64,000 bases of DNA, taken from the IMG/VR virus record IMGVR_UViG_3300003629_000001; one strand, written 5' to 3'. The translations under genes were made by a program, and so were the position numbers. The DNA is from a virus. This document shows, one piece after another, positions 1 to 10,040 of this stretch. The notes below the pieces were generated by a model, which made no database searches, was not told where the DNA came from, and saw only the letters and a list, made by a program, of their open reading frames with translations. Each line of letters starts with the position of its first letter. Positions within the stretch are counted from its first letter, which is position 1.

Positions 1-2
1 CG

Positions 3-1652
3 GAAGAGACGGTCGCTCGTCTCGGCATGACCATGAGCGAGGAAGAGAAGGAAGACCCCGAAGCGTGGATTCGGGCGTTTGGTGATAGCGTTACTGAAGA
101 AGCCAACCAGAACTTCCAAGACGCTCTGGACGAGCGGATTCGTGAACGGACGGTTTCGACTGACAAGTACCGGGGTGGTGTCGTTGTTCCGAACGAGGTG
201 ACGACGGAACAGGTGAGAGAGGCTATGGGAGCGACGATGGACGCCGAGACGGTAGAATGGCTGTCCGGGGCTATGGAAAACAGCCCCGCCGTAGACGGGA
301 ACGACCCCGACTCATGGGTACGGGCGGCTCTCACACAGATTGGTGACGATAGCGAACAACGTACCGAGTTCCAGAACCAGTTCGACGTTTCCGCCGCTGT
401 ATCCGAAGAGGGTGACGGCGACGTTGGGACTGTCACCATGTCGGGTGGCGGTGAGAGTATCGAAATGCCGACGAACACCAGCGCTGAAGAGGCACGGGCC
501 GCTGTCGAAGAGACGCTGGGTCAGGACTTTCTCACCCACACAGCGGGCTTCATGGAAGACCAAGGCGCGGACGTAGAAGACCCGAAGCAGTGGGTCATGA
601 ACGGGCTGACGCTCTCTCAAATCGCCAACCCGGAAGGCTTCGAGACGACTGTCAGCGAAATGCAAGACAGTCTGATTGAAACCAACGAGGAACCCGAAGA
701 GAGCCGGGCGACTCAAGTCGTGACGGAACACGACGCCGAGGGTGACTGGCAATCATTCGTAGACCCAGTGACCGACCTGCTGGAAGAGGGCGAGAGCGCT
801 GGCGACATTGTTCAGAGTCTCAAAGAAGACGCCGAAATCGACGGCCACCCGCTTCAAGACGAGCAAATTCGGACACTCGCGTTCGAGGCTCACAAGGAAG
901 CCAGCGAGCGGAATCCGCCCGGTGTAGACGAGACACCGGACACGCCGTCGCTCGCTATGGACTGGGGTAACGAGTTCCCTGAAGCCATGCGCGACCGTAT
1001 GCAAGAGAACCACCCCGAAGCCTACGAGCAACTGAACGAGTCCTTTGAACCGTGGTCAGACGACCCCCACAGCGAGGAAATGAACTCGTTCTGGAACTAC
1101 GCGGTTCAGCACAGTGGGAACGGGAACATTCCCGAAATGGAAGGCCGCCCGGAGAACGTCACGCAAGAAGAGGTAGAGGCCGTACAACGGCTACACGAAG
1201 TGACACAGGATACGCTCACCGAACTCTACGGGGACACCGTACCGCTCTTCCGTCCGGTGGGTGGAAGCGCCGCGAGTGAACTCAAAAACGCAAAGGAGAG
1301 CGACGAAGACGACGATATTCAGTTCACCCACCGCCCGGCTGAATCGTGGTCGGGCGACATTGAGCAAATCGCGCAACGGACAGACTTTGAAGACGGTGAA
1401 TCGGTTGTCATTCGACGCGAAGTACCTACGGAAGACGTACTGGCGTCGTCTGTTACCGGGTCGCCGGGACTGGACGCACAAGACAACGAGTTCGTCGTCT
1501 CGTCGCCAACAGAGACGGAGTACAAACGAGGTGACGTGTTGACTGGCGACGACCTGAAAGACCCACAGGCAACGATGGAACAGGCGGCGTGGGCGAATAA
1601 GACCACTGGCGGGACGGAGCAAACGGAAGCAAACGAGGAAGGTGGAGAGTAA
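3..1652 (+). CDS. Head-associated effector protein, 5'-truncated, with C-terminal ADP-ribosyltransferase-like domain
   Basis: Frame is open from position 3, so the gene probably starts upstream. The C-terminus shows the ART R-S-E pattern: VPLFRPVG ... PAESWSGD ... VVIRREVPTEDVL ... DNEFVV. It resembles the two ART-like domains in 4400..9226. Confidence 0.6.
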   Translation, partial: EETVARLGMTMSEEEKEDPEAWIRAFGDSVTEEANQNFQDALDERIRERTVSTDKYRGGVVVPNEVTTEQVREAMGATMDAETVEWLSGAMENSPAVDGNDPDSWVRAALTQIGDDSEQRTEFQNQFDVSAAVSEEGDGDVGTVTMSGGGESIEMPTNTSAEEARAAVEETLGQDFLTHTAGFMEDQGADVEDPKQWVMNGLTLSQIANPEGFETTVSEMQDSLIETNEEPEESRATQVVTEHDAEGDWQSFVDPVTDLLEEGESAGDIVQSLKEDAEIDGHPLQDEQIRTLAFEAHKEASERNPPGVDETPDTPSLAMDWGNEFPEAMRDRMQENHPEAYEQLNESFEPWSDDPHSEEMNSFWNYAVQHSGNGNIPEMEGRPENVTQEEVEAVQRLHEVTQDTLTELYGDTVPLFRPVGGSAASELKNAKESDEDDDIQFTHRPAESWSGDIEQIAQRTDFEDGESVVIRREVPTEDVLASSVTGSPGLDAQDNEFVVSSPTETEYKRGDVLTGDDLKDPQATMEQAAWANKTTGGTEQTEANEEGGE

Positions 1653-3394
1653 TGGTGAAAATCGACGCGTCGGAGTACGAGACGAACTGGCTCACTGACA
1701 GTCCCGAAAAGGAAGGTCAGCCGAACGACGACGAGGAAGTGGCGGAGTCTGACAGTACCCCTACTGAAGAAAATCAGGCCCAGCAAGCCACGAAGGCGCT
1801 CAAGTCCGCTTTGGATTCTACCTTCGAGAAAGACGAGTGGATTCCCTATGAAGGGCCGGAAGGTGGTGAGGGGTGGCAAAATACTCAAGACCCGGACGAT
1901 ATTCGATATGGACTTGACGAACCGCCGGGTGAAGTAGCCGATGGGTACGAAGAGCAAGCGGAAGACTGGGGTGAGAGCAACGAGGAAGACAACGAAGACG
2001 GCGGTTCAGAACTCGGGAACTTCCTTGACGAACTCAGTCATACAGAGGCCAAAGAACCAATTGAACAGGATATACACTCGGTAGCGTCGGATACCGATAC
2101 CAGCCCCGAAGAGGTTGCTGGTCGCCTTCACGACCGACTTGAGCAACGCCAAGACCGAATCGGGAATTTAGACCAAGCCAACACCGAGCAATTTTCCGGG
2201 TTGGCGAACTCTATGCTCGAAAACATCGGGGAAGAGATAATCGAAGAGCGTAACCGAGATGAGTTGACGGAAGCGGTCGAAGGATACGACGAACTCACCT
2301 CTACGAAGGTCACGAATCATTACATCGACAGTGCGGTCGAACAGGTTCAGGAATCGACTGACTGGGGACGTGACGAACTTCGCCAAGACCTACTATCGCA
2401 CCTCGGAGAAGAGGGCGTTGACCCCGAAATCGCGCTGGACGAAGAGGAAGGGTTGGAAGAGTGGGCTGAAGCCAAAATTCAAGAAGCCGAGGAAGGCGCT
2501 GACGCTCCGTCTGACGTTCCTGACGGCTGGGGGAAACCCGAGGAAGTGACGTTCGGAGAATGGACGGAGTTCGAGCAAGGTGACGCCCAGTTCCTCGAAC
2601 ACGGTGATAGGGTTACTGGTACTCGCAACGGCGACGAGTTCGAGGGAACGGTTCGACACACTCCCGAAGACGGACTGGTCGGTATCGAAATGGACGAAGG
2701 TCACGTTCAGACAGTCGAAACGTGGGATATAGACCAGTACCAGAGTCAAGACCGTGACTTGGACGAGACACGCGACGAACTCCGTGACCACTTCAGCAAT
2801 ATCAGCCAGCACAACCAGTCGCTACAAGAGTACACGGGCCAAGCCCACCGAGAAATCAACGGCCATATGCGAGATACCGCGAAAGAGGTAGAAGCGGACT
2901 CGAAGGGGAAACTCGAACACGCTATTATGGCTACTGCTGACGCTGATACCGCTCGGGTAATCAGCGACGTGCAAGCGGCGACAAAACAGACACTCCCCCG
3001 AGAAATGAACGTCGCTCGGGGTATCGACGTGGACGCTGGGTCGTTCATGGACAAGGCTGAAGAGGCTATGGAATCGGGCGGAGCGCTCATGGACGAAGGC
3101 TTCCAAAGCGCGACGATTGACCGAGACGTGGCGGAAGGCTTCGGCAACATCACACTGGACATTCAGACCGACCACGGCGTCTACGCACGGGCCGCCAGCG
3201 AGTTCGCTGGGGAAGACGAAGTGCTACTCCCCGCCGGGACGCAATACGAGGTGAAAGACGTTGACAGGGAGAACAACACCGTCAGCGTCGAAGCCTACGG
3301 CGGATTCAGTTTCAACGTGGACGTGGGCCACGTTCGGGAACTGATTCACGAAGAGGGAATGTCCTACGAAGAGGCAATGGAATATGTCAGATAG
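1652..3394 (+). CDS. Head-associated effector: WIPYxGP tag plus C-terminal VIP2/Alt-like ADP-ribosyltransferase
   Basis: LQEYTG..HREINGHMR, NVARGI, GFQSAT and GEDEVLLPAGTQYEV match VIP2-type ART motifs. The repeated tag lies at ~1830-1980. Confidence 0.8.
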   Translation: MVKIDASEYETNWLTDSPEKEGQPNDDEEVAESDSTPTEENQAQQATKALKSALDSTFEKDEWIPYEGPEGGEGWQNTQDPDDIRYGLDEPPGEVADGYEEQAEDWGESNEEDNEDGGSELGNFLDELSHTEAKEPIEQDIHSVASDTDTSPEEVAGRLHDRLEQRQDRIGNLDQANTEQFSGLANSMLENIGEEIIEERNRDELTEAVEGYDELTSTKVTNHYIDSAVEQVQESTDWGRDELRQDLLSHLGEEGVDPEIALDEEEGLEEWAEAKIQEAEEGADAPSDVPDGWGKPEEVTFGEWTEFEQGDAQFLEHGDRVTGTRNGDEFEGTVRHTPEDGLVGIEMDEGHVQTVETWDIDQYQSQDRDLDETRDELRDHFSNISQHNQSLQEYTGQAHREINGHMRDTAKEVEADSKGKLEHAIMATADADTARVISDVQAATKQTLPREMNVARGIDVDAGSFMDKAEEAMESGGALMDEGFQSATIDRDVAEGFGNITLDIQTDHGVYARAASEFAGEDEVLLPAGTQYEVKDVDRENNTVSVEAYGGFSFNVDVGHVRELIHEEGMSYEEAMEYVR

Positions 3395-4400
3395 TGAAAA
3401 ATACACAGCGGAAGGCGAAGACATTCGAGTCGTTGGCCCCGAGTGGGGCGAAGAAGACGAGGAAGTGACCACCGAGAAGAACTGGATTCCATATCGCGGC
3501 CCACAAGGCGGCGAAGGCTGGCAAGACACACAGAATCCTAACGACGTTCGGTACGACCTTGACGAACCACCGGGGACAGTGGCCGCTGGGTATAGCGAAG
3601 ACCACTGGGAAATGGACGACCGAAGCACCAGCGTCGAAGACAGTGAAATGGGCTACGTCTCTGAAGGTGCTGGTGGGCCGTCTCTGGACGTTGCCACTGC
3701 TGACCACGCACAGTCCTTACACGAAGCCGGAGCGTCAGAGGGCGCGTCCTCGCGCCATATGCACGTTGCTACGTGGGAGTCCGAAGACGGAGAGCCACGC
3801 CGAGCGTTCGTAACGAACTACGGGCCGGACATGAGACGGAACGAGACAGGCGAGAAACCGCTATTAGGTGAGCGTGCAATCGCCGCTGACGCGTTCTTCC
3901 GCAACATGGGATTCGACCCGCCAAAGCACTTCCTGAACCGCCAGCAACGCTATCTCGCGGTCGAAGGCAAGGACGGGAAGGAAGTACGACACGCTCCCGA
4001 CGAGTGGAAAGAGAACATCGACCGCGACGGAGTGCTGAATTTCGCCGCAACAGCGATTATTGCTGGCAACTCCGACCTTCACCCGAAGAACGTGCTGGTC
4101 AACGAGAACGGTGAGTTCTTCGCGGTGGACTTGGACAAGTCGGGTGGAGATTTCGCTAACGGCCCCGACCGGTTCCAACGCCGTGGATTCCAGTCGATTA
4201 CGTGGACAGCCCGAAACCTCGGTCATAGTCTCTCAAAGGAAGAAATCGACCAACGCGCACAGGAGTTGTGCCGAGATATGGATATTGACCGAATGACCGA
4301 GAACGTTCAAAACAGTACGTGGTCACGGAAAGGCCGACACCAGTTCCGTGATAACATTATTACCAACATTAAAGCACTACGCGAAGGAAGCCTACTGTAA
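3384..4400 (+). CDS. Head-associated effector: WIPYxGP tag plus HipA/PI3-4-kinase-like domain
   Basis: AIIAGNSDLHPKNVLV and FFAVDLD match the catalytic and Mg-binding loops of HipA/PI3K-like kinases. The tag lies at ~3475-3610. Confidence 0.7.
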   Translation: MSDSEKYTAEGEDIRVVGPEWGEEDEEVTTEKNWIPYRGPQGGEGWQDTQNPNDVRYDLDEPPGTVAAGYSEDHWEMDDRSTSVEDSEMGYVSEGAGGPSLDVATADHAQSLHEAGASEGASSRHMHVATWESEDGEPRRAFVTNYGPDMRRNETGEKPLLGERAIAADAFFRNMGFDPPKHFLNRQQRYLAVEGKDGKEVRHAPDEWKENIDRDGVLNFAATAIIAGNSDLHPKNVLVNENGEFFAVDLDKSGGDFANGPDRFQRRGFQSITWTARNLGHSLSKEEIDQRAQELCRDMDIDRMTENVQNSTWSRKGRHQFRDNIITNIKALREGSLL

Positions 4401-7400
4401 TGGCTGTCGTTATCGAAGAGTTCGACATAGGAGATATGTCGTGGTCTACCCTCGGTCGCATTGAAGATGGGGAAATTGTGGCCGACGGCGACGGGTTCCT
4501 TTCCGAACTCCTTTCTGACGACGAACTCGGTGACGAAGACGAACTACTGAATCGGTTCAACGGCCCGCGTCTTGTCGCCTATCGTGATAGGGGTACTCTC
4601 GGGAAAAACTGGATTCCGTATCAAGGGCCGATGGGTGGCGAGGGGTGGCAAAACGCGAACGACCCTGACGATATTCGCTACGTAGACGACCCACCCGGAG
4701 AAATCGAAGAGGGGTACGAGGAACAGGCGGAAGGGTGGGGTGAGAGTGACCAAGAGCGTTTTGTCAACGCTGTGGAAGAAGAATACGGAGTTTTCGCCAG
4801 TTCCCTCGCCAACGCGTTCACCGAAGAGACGGTTCTGAAAGACCCCTACGATTCGGGCTACGTAAAACTCGCCGCGAAGGTGGTCTTTGGTGAAAATTAC
4901 CCGGACGAGTCGGTTGCGGAATACTACGAAGAGTTTCGAGAACTCACGAATCTGGATACCATTCAGACGCCGCGAGAAGCGACGATGGACGTTATAGCGG
5001 CAATTGACGAACTCGAACCCACCAAGTCGCAAAAGAATCAGGCACTTGACGCGTTGCGTGACCGGTACAATATCATGCAATCCGCTGACGGGTTGCCTCA
5101 AGTACCGCTGGAAGACAAGGGGCCAAGGGACTGGAAAGAACACGTCCCCGGTCGTGGCGAAGATTACGACTGGGGGACAGTGAACACGCAAGACGCTGTT
5201 CTCTATCAAACCGAAGACGGCCTCATGAATGGCCGAATCTGGAAGTATGAGGGCGAAGACGACCAAGACGTACTCTACACACTGGAAAACGGCGAGACTC
5301 TGTATCACGAAGAGATTGAGGCGTTCTACCCCAACGAGAAAGAAGCGCTCCGGGTCGGTTCAAACGCTCGCGTTTCCGAGGGCAACTTCCTCACTTTCGA
5401 GATTGACGGAACCCCGTATCAAGGAGAAGTATCGACAATTGCGGCGCGTGACGGTCAAAGAGTCGAAGCACTGATTTCGACGCCGGGGGCTATGGTTCGA
5501 CTTTCATCTACTACTGAAGAAGGCCGTGACCCACAACTTGAGTCCGTTCAGGGTGACGACATAGAAATCATCGAACGACAACGAACCCTTCCTGACGATT
5601 TTGAGGGAATGGCGGAAGGCGTCAATCGGGAAGCGGACGCGGTTGCACGCGACATTACGGATAATCTCGGTGACGAGTGGCATAGAAGTATGTCGCTTGA
5701 GCGAGACGTGCAAAATGAGTTAGAGAAATACTTCTCTTCGACCGCTGTCAGTCAGTTTTACGAAGCCGTCAACGACTGGAAACAGGACGCTTCAAGTGGC
5801 CTCTCCGGCCTTCACGCGTCGTCTTTCCAAGAAGCGCTGGATATACACAGCCCCGCTCGCGGGTGGGACGAACCCAGCAAAGAGAACGTTCAGGTAGCGA
5901 AGGTCATGTACGAAGTGAGTCAGGAATACCTGAAAAAGACTCACGGAAGTAGCGTTCGCTTACACCGAGGAATGTCTAACACCGGATTCCGTCGGTTGAT
6001 GGACACATGGTTAGAGAACCCGAACGCTGACGAATACGACTTGAGTCAAATGGCGTTGAACAACTATACGCCACAGGTGGGTATTGCTGAAGGATTCGCA
6101 CACGATACGGCTGTCGTCACCAGTCGTGTCAGTACAGACAATATCGCGTTCGCTATGGACGCCCTCGCCGCTCGCTCAATGGACAACGAAGGCGAGGTTC
6201 ACGTCATGGGCGACGGTATGACGGTTGACCACAGCGATATTGCGTTCGGTGAACACCGAATCGAACTTGACGAGTTCCCCGACGGCTGGTCGCTTGAAGA
6301 GCATGAAGACATGGTGGAACAACTCAAGCACCACTACGCTGGTCGAATGCCGCTTCCGAAAGAAAGCCACGAAGAAATCTTCCAGAAGTGGGCGGAATCA
6401 GTCAAAGAGAACCACCCCGAACTGGTCGAAGGCCCGAATCCCAACCCCGAGATACAAGAACTCGTCAAGACAATCGAAACTGACGCATTCCTACAGTACG
6501 AGGTTCGACAAGGGCCACAGACCCAACTGGACGAGTTCGAGGATAAGCAGGACTCGAACCCAGTTATCGACCTAACTGACGACGCGTCCGCTCGGTGGTC
6601 GGCCTATGACCCCGCCGAGATTCCCGACACAGTGAAAGAGACGAAATGGAACCAGTACCGGAACTGGCAACAGAGTCTACAGGAGAAATCCAGTAGCCCC
6701 ATTGGAAAAGCGTGGATTCCCTACGAAGGCCCGCGAGGTGGGGAAGGTTGGCAAAGTGCGAACGACCCGAACAAAGTCGTCTACCAGCAAGAGCCGCCGG
6801 GGGAAGTGGCCGACGAGTACGACGCCGACCACTGGGAAGAGTATCCGAGTGACGGTAACTGGCCCGAATCGCCACACGGAACGCCGTGGGAACAGCCACA
6901 GGGCTTCGGACGAGACGCGGGTATGCAACTCACCGACGCGGTGGCGTTTATCAACTACGACGACGAGGTAGTGGCTGGCGAAATTGCGGAGTTCAACGAC
7001 GACGAGAAGACGTACAAACTCGAAAATGGCTACGTAATCAGCCACAGTCAGGTCGTCGGCTGGTCGCAACCGCCCGAAGGTGAGCGCGTCGAAACGTCTG
7101 TTGGTATGGTTACTGAAGGCGACTGGATTACCTACGACACGTCCTACAGCGAAGACCACGTTGCACAGATTTCCGACATAGAAATCAACGACGACAAAGA
7201 CATTATCTCGGTCGTTGGGGAACACGGTTATTACGAGATTGAGGTGTCCGGGCGTCCGAACAACCGCAACGAGTTCAACGCTAAAGTTCAGCGTATCCAC
7301 ACCGAGGAACCCGACCTGTTCGAGAACGTCGAACAGAATGGCATGGCTATGGAAACCGACGATATTGTCGGTGAAATGAGCGAGCGAATCGACCTGAAAG

Positions 7401-9226
7401 ACACCATGCACCAGAGCGACCAACTCAAGCAAGAGCAACGCGAGAATATCCGAAACACGCTTGAGACATACTTCCCTGAACAGTACGTCAACGCGTACTA
7501 CGGGTCTATAGAGTCGTGGAAGGTCAACAACGCGGCTGGAAGTGCTGAAGAACACGAAACGGCGTTCAAGGAAGCACTGGGTATCGAATCGCCGTCGCAC
7601 GCTGAAGCACTACACGACAAAGAGCCGTCTACAGCGGCGAAGGCACACCAGAAGATAGCGAAGGTCATGGCTGACCTCTCTGACGAATACTGGGAAGCAA
7701 ACTTCGGTGGCCGCGCCGAGGTACATCGTGGTATCTCGAACACGGCATTCGAGAATCTATTCCCCCAGTGGCTTGAGACACCCAACGCGACGAAGTACAA
7801 CGTCAAGCAACTCGCTCTGAACAACTTCAGCCGGAGTCGGCATACGGCCAACGGATTCGGGGAACGTACTGCTGTCGTAACGCTGGACGCCGACAAGGAC
7901 GACGTGGTGCTATGCACAGACGCGATTAGTAATATCGGTACTGTGCAAGACGAAGCCGAAATTCAGATTCATGGTGACGACCAATCGGTTGACGCACGCG
8001 GTATCGACCTGTTTGGGAAAGATGGGCCGACGCTGGGCGAACACCCTTCGGAGTGGGAGAAGGGCGAACACGTAGAGTTCGGTCAATTTCTGACCGGCTA
8101 CTATATGCGGAAAACAGACGACGTGGAAGAAGGCGAAGCGCCGATTCCCGAAAAGCACTACAAGACGCTTCTTGAGTGGACGCGAGCGCTGACCGAAACG
8201 TATCCTGACTTGGCACGTCGTCAGCCCACTCTCAATAGCCTTACCAGAGAGATTGAGCAAGACGCCGATACCTACTTCGGACTCGGCCCGCTCGGAAAGC
8301 AGTACACCGGTACGTTCACCGAAGAGACGACTGACAGCACGGAATATCCTACTATCGACTTGACTGACGAAGCGTCCGCGACATGGCTCTCTGACGCCAG
8401 TCAGAAACCCGAGCGAGAAGACATTTCACCCCAGCTATTCGAGCAACTGGTCGAAGCCAATCGCAAACGCCGAGAATCTATCAATACGGATACTGACGAA
8501 AGTGACACTGGCCCCATGCGGTTGAAGGGCCGTGTGGAAGTAGGGGCATTGAACAAACCGGACTGGAATCCGGTCAAGGACAGCACCCTTCAGAAAGCGA
8601 GTGACAACTTCCTGAAAGTTGACGACCTGCTACTGGACGCGTGGGAAAAACAAGTGTGCGCGGATTCGATTGAGAAAGCACCCGAAATGTGGCAACGGGG
8701 AGATAACGTCCCTCAATTCGTCCGCACGTTCGTCGCACAGGCCGCGACCAAACGAGACGCCCTGTGGGACGAATACAACGACGTGCCGCACATGGCGGCG
8801 CTGAAAGTCCATGAGATAATCAAGGACAACGTGACGAGCGACGGGTGGTCTATCAAAACCATAGCGGACGACCTGACTGACGAGTTCGAGGGTATCAGTA
8901 AGCGCCAAGCCGAAACAATTGCTCGCACCGAGGTAGCCGCTGTGCTAAACGACGCACGGGCTATGGCGTACAAGTCGTCGGATTACGACCTTCAATTTTA
9001 CTGGTCAGGGCCACAGGACGAACACACGACTGATATTTGCACCGAGGTAAAGCAAGAAATAGAGAATCGTGGTGGCTACGTCAGTATGGATACTCTGAAG
9101 AAAATTCTTCGAGAGAAAGCCCGGAAGCACCGCGACGACGGTGGGACGCCGGAGAGAGTGTCAAGTTATTTACCACATTTCAACTGTAGACACACGTTAG
9201 TTAGAAGCGAGTTCCGCTGGACGTAG
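4400..9226 (+). CDS. Large minor head protein: two tandem [tag + ART-like] units and a C-terminal MuF (SPP1 gp7-like) domain
   Basis: MuF motifs AETIARTE, FYWSGPQDEHTTDIC and PHFNCRH. The duplicated ART-like units read VRLHRG..ALNNYT..NEGEVHV and AEVHRG..ALNNFS..DEAEIQI. Tags start at ~4601 and ~6701. Confidence 0.8.
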   Translation: MAVVIEEFDIGDMSWSTLGRIEDGEIVADGDGFLSELLSDDELGDEDELLNRFNGPRLVAYRDRGTLGKNWIPYQGPMGGEGWQNANDPDDIRYVDDPPGEIEEGYEEQAEGWGESDQERFVNAVEEEYGVFASSLANAFTEETVLKDPYDSGYVKLAAKVVFGENYPDESVAEYYEEFRELTNLDTIQTPREATMDVIAAIDELEPTKSQKNQALDALRDRYNIMQSADGLPQVPLEDKGPRDWKEHVPGRGEDYDWGTVNTQDAVLYQTEDGLMNGRIWKYEGEDDQDVLYTLENGETLYHEEIEAFYPNEKEALRVGSNARVSEGNFLTFEIDGTPYQGEVSTIAARDGQRVEALISTPGAMVRLSSTTEEGRDPQLESVQGDDIEIIERQRTLPDDFEGMAEGVNREADAVARDITDNLGDEWHRSMSLERDVQNELEKYFSSTAVSQFYEAVNDWKQDASSGLSGLHASSFQEALDIHSPARGWDEPSKENVQVAKVMYEVSQEYLKKTHGSSVRLHRGMSNTGFRRLMDTWLENPNADEYDLSQMALNNYTPQVGIAEGFAHDTAVVTSRVSTDNIAFAMDALAARSMDNEGEVHVMGDGMTVDHSDIAFGEHRIELDEFPDGWSLEEHEDMVEQLKHHYAGRMPLPKESHEEIFQKWAESVKENHPELVEGPNPNPEIQELVKTIETDAFLQYEVRQGPQTQLDEFEDKQDSNPVIDLTDDASARWSAYDPAEIPDTVKETKWNQYRNWQQSLQEKSSSPIGKAWIPYEGPRGGEGWQSANDPNKVVYQQEPPGEVADEYDADHWEEYPSDGNWPESPHGTPWEQPQGFGRDAGMQLTDAVAFINYDDEVVAGEIAEFNDDEKTYKLENGYVISHSQVVGWSQPPEGERVETSVGMVTEGDWITYDTSYSEDHVAQISDIEINDDKDIISVVGEHGYYEIEVSGRPNNRNEFNAKVQRIHTEEPDLFENVEQNGMAMETDDIVGEMSERIDLKDTMHQSDQLKQEQRENIRNTLETYFPEQYVNAYYGSIESWKVNNAAGSAEEHETAFKEALGIESPSHAEALHDKEPSTAAKAHQKIAKVMADLSDEYWEANFGGRAEVHRGISNTAFENLFPQWLETPNATKYNVKQLALNNFSRSRHTANGFGERTAVVTLDADKDDVVLCTDAISNIGTVQDEAEIQIHGDDQSVDARGIDLFGKDGPTLGEHPSEWEKGEHVEFGQFLTGYYMRKTDDVEEGEAPIPEKHYKTLLEWTRALTETYPDLARRQPTLNSLTREIEQDADTYFGLGPLGKQYTGTFTEETTDSTEYPTIDLTDEASATWLSDASQKPEREDISPQLFEQLVEANRKRRESINTDTDESDTGPMRLKGRVEVGALNKPDWNPVKDSTLQKASDNFLKVDDLLLDAWEKQVCADSIEKAPEMWQRGDNVPQFVRTFVAQAATKRDALWDEYNDVPHMAALKVHEIIKDNVTSDGWSIKTIADDLTDEFEGISKRQAETIARTEVAAVLNDARAMAYKSSDYDLQFYWSGPQDEHTTDICTEVKQEIENRGGYVSMDTLKKILREKARKHRDDGGTPERVSSYLPHFNCRHTLVRSEFRWT

Positions 9227-9267
9227 CCAACCAAATCTTCTTGACTGTCGCCATACTGTTGTACGGT

Positions 9268-9987
9268 ATGAAGTATCAAGATGAGGATTGGCTACGAAAG
9301 AAATACCATGAAGAGGGAAACAGTACGTCTGAAATAGCCGATTTGACGGAAGTAACACGCTCTACTATTCTTCGATGGATGGACAAATTCGATATAGAAA
9401 GAAGGGGTCATGGAACACCTCAAAAAGAAGGCCGTTACAAAATCGAAGCATGGCTACGAGAACAGTATATAGAACGAAGGCGTTCGATTAGGGATATTGC
9501 TGAAGAGTGTGGTGTCTCAAAAGCAACACCGAGACACTGGTTGCACAAGTTCGATATAAAAATTCGTCAAGGGTCTGAAGCAATTGAGACTCAATGGGAA
9601 GACAACGAAGAAAGACGTGAGAAACAAGCCGAGTTCATGCGGAATCTGGAAAAACCACACGTCAAACGCGGACACCATACACAGGAAACGAAAGAGAAAA
9701 TGTCGGAAGGCAATAGTGGTGAATCTAACGGAATGTTCGGAGTAACCGGTGAAGAAAACCCGGCATGGAAAGAAAACACCCCTTCACACAGATTTTATCA
9801 GAGAAAACGTTGGAAGCAGGCACGTCAGAAAGCACTCGAACGTGACGGATACGAGTGTACGAAATGCGGTTCAAAAGACGACTTACTCGTTCACCATATT
9901 GAACCACTTCCTGACGGAGCGGAGTTTGATTTAGAGAACCTATCAACATTATGCATTTCTTGCCACGGGTCAATCCACCCTCTTTAA
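9268..9987 (+). mobile_element. Free-standing HNH homing endonuclease (two HTH repeats, NUMOD3-like segment, HNH)
   Basis: CTKCG...VHHIEP...NLSTLCISCHGSIH, HTQETKEKMS and two WLR..Y...S..EIA HTH repeats. The protein is basic and AT-richer than its neighbours. ATG at 9268 is preferred over TTG at 9241. Confidence 0.85.
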
Positions 9988-10040
9988 TCCGATTCAAGAA
10001 CACGCCGAAACTTTAATAGGATTATAGATTCCATGTCTAC

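Noticed and set aside
1748-1767. Exact 20-bp repeat TCTGACAGTACCCCTACTGA at 1748 and 53467 as an att site or terminal repeat
   Set aside because: Both copies are intragenic and centred on the dispersed palindrome, both encode SDSTPT, and no integrase was seen.
1830-6840. Four tag copies as template/variable repeats of a diversity-generating retroelement
   Set aside because: Differences are mostly synonymous and not adenine-specific, and no reverse transcriptase is present; conservation is at the protein level.
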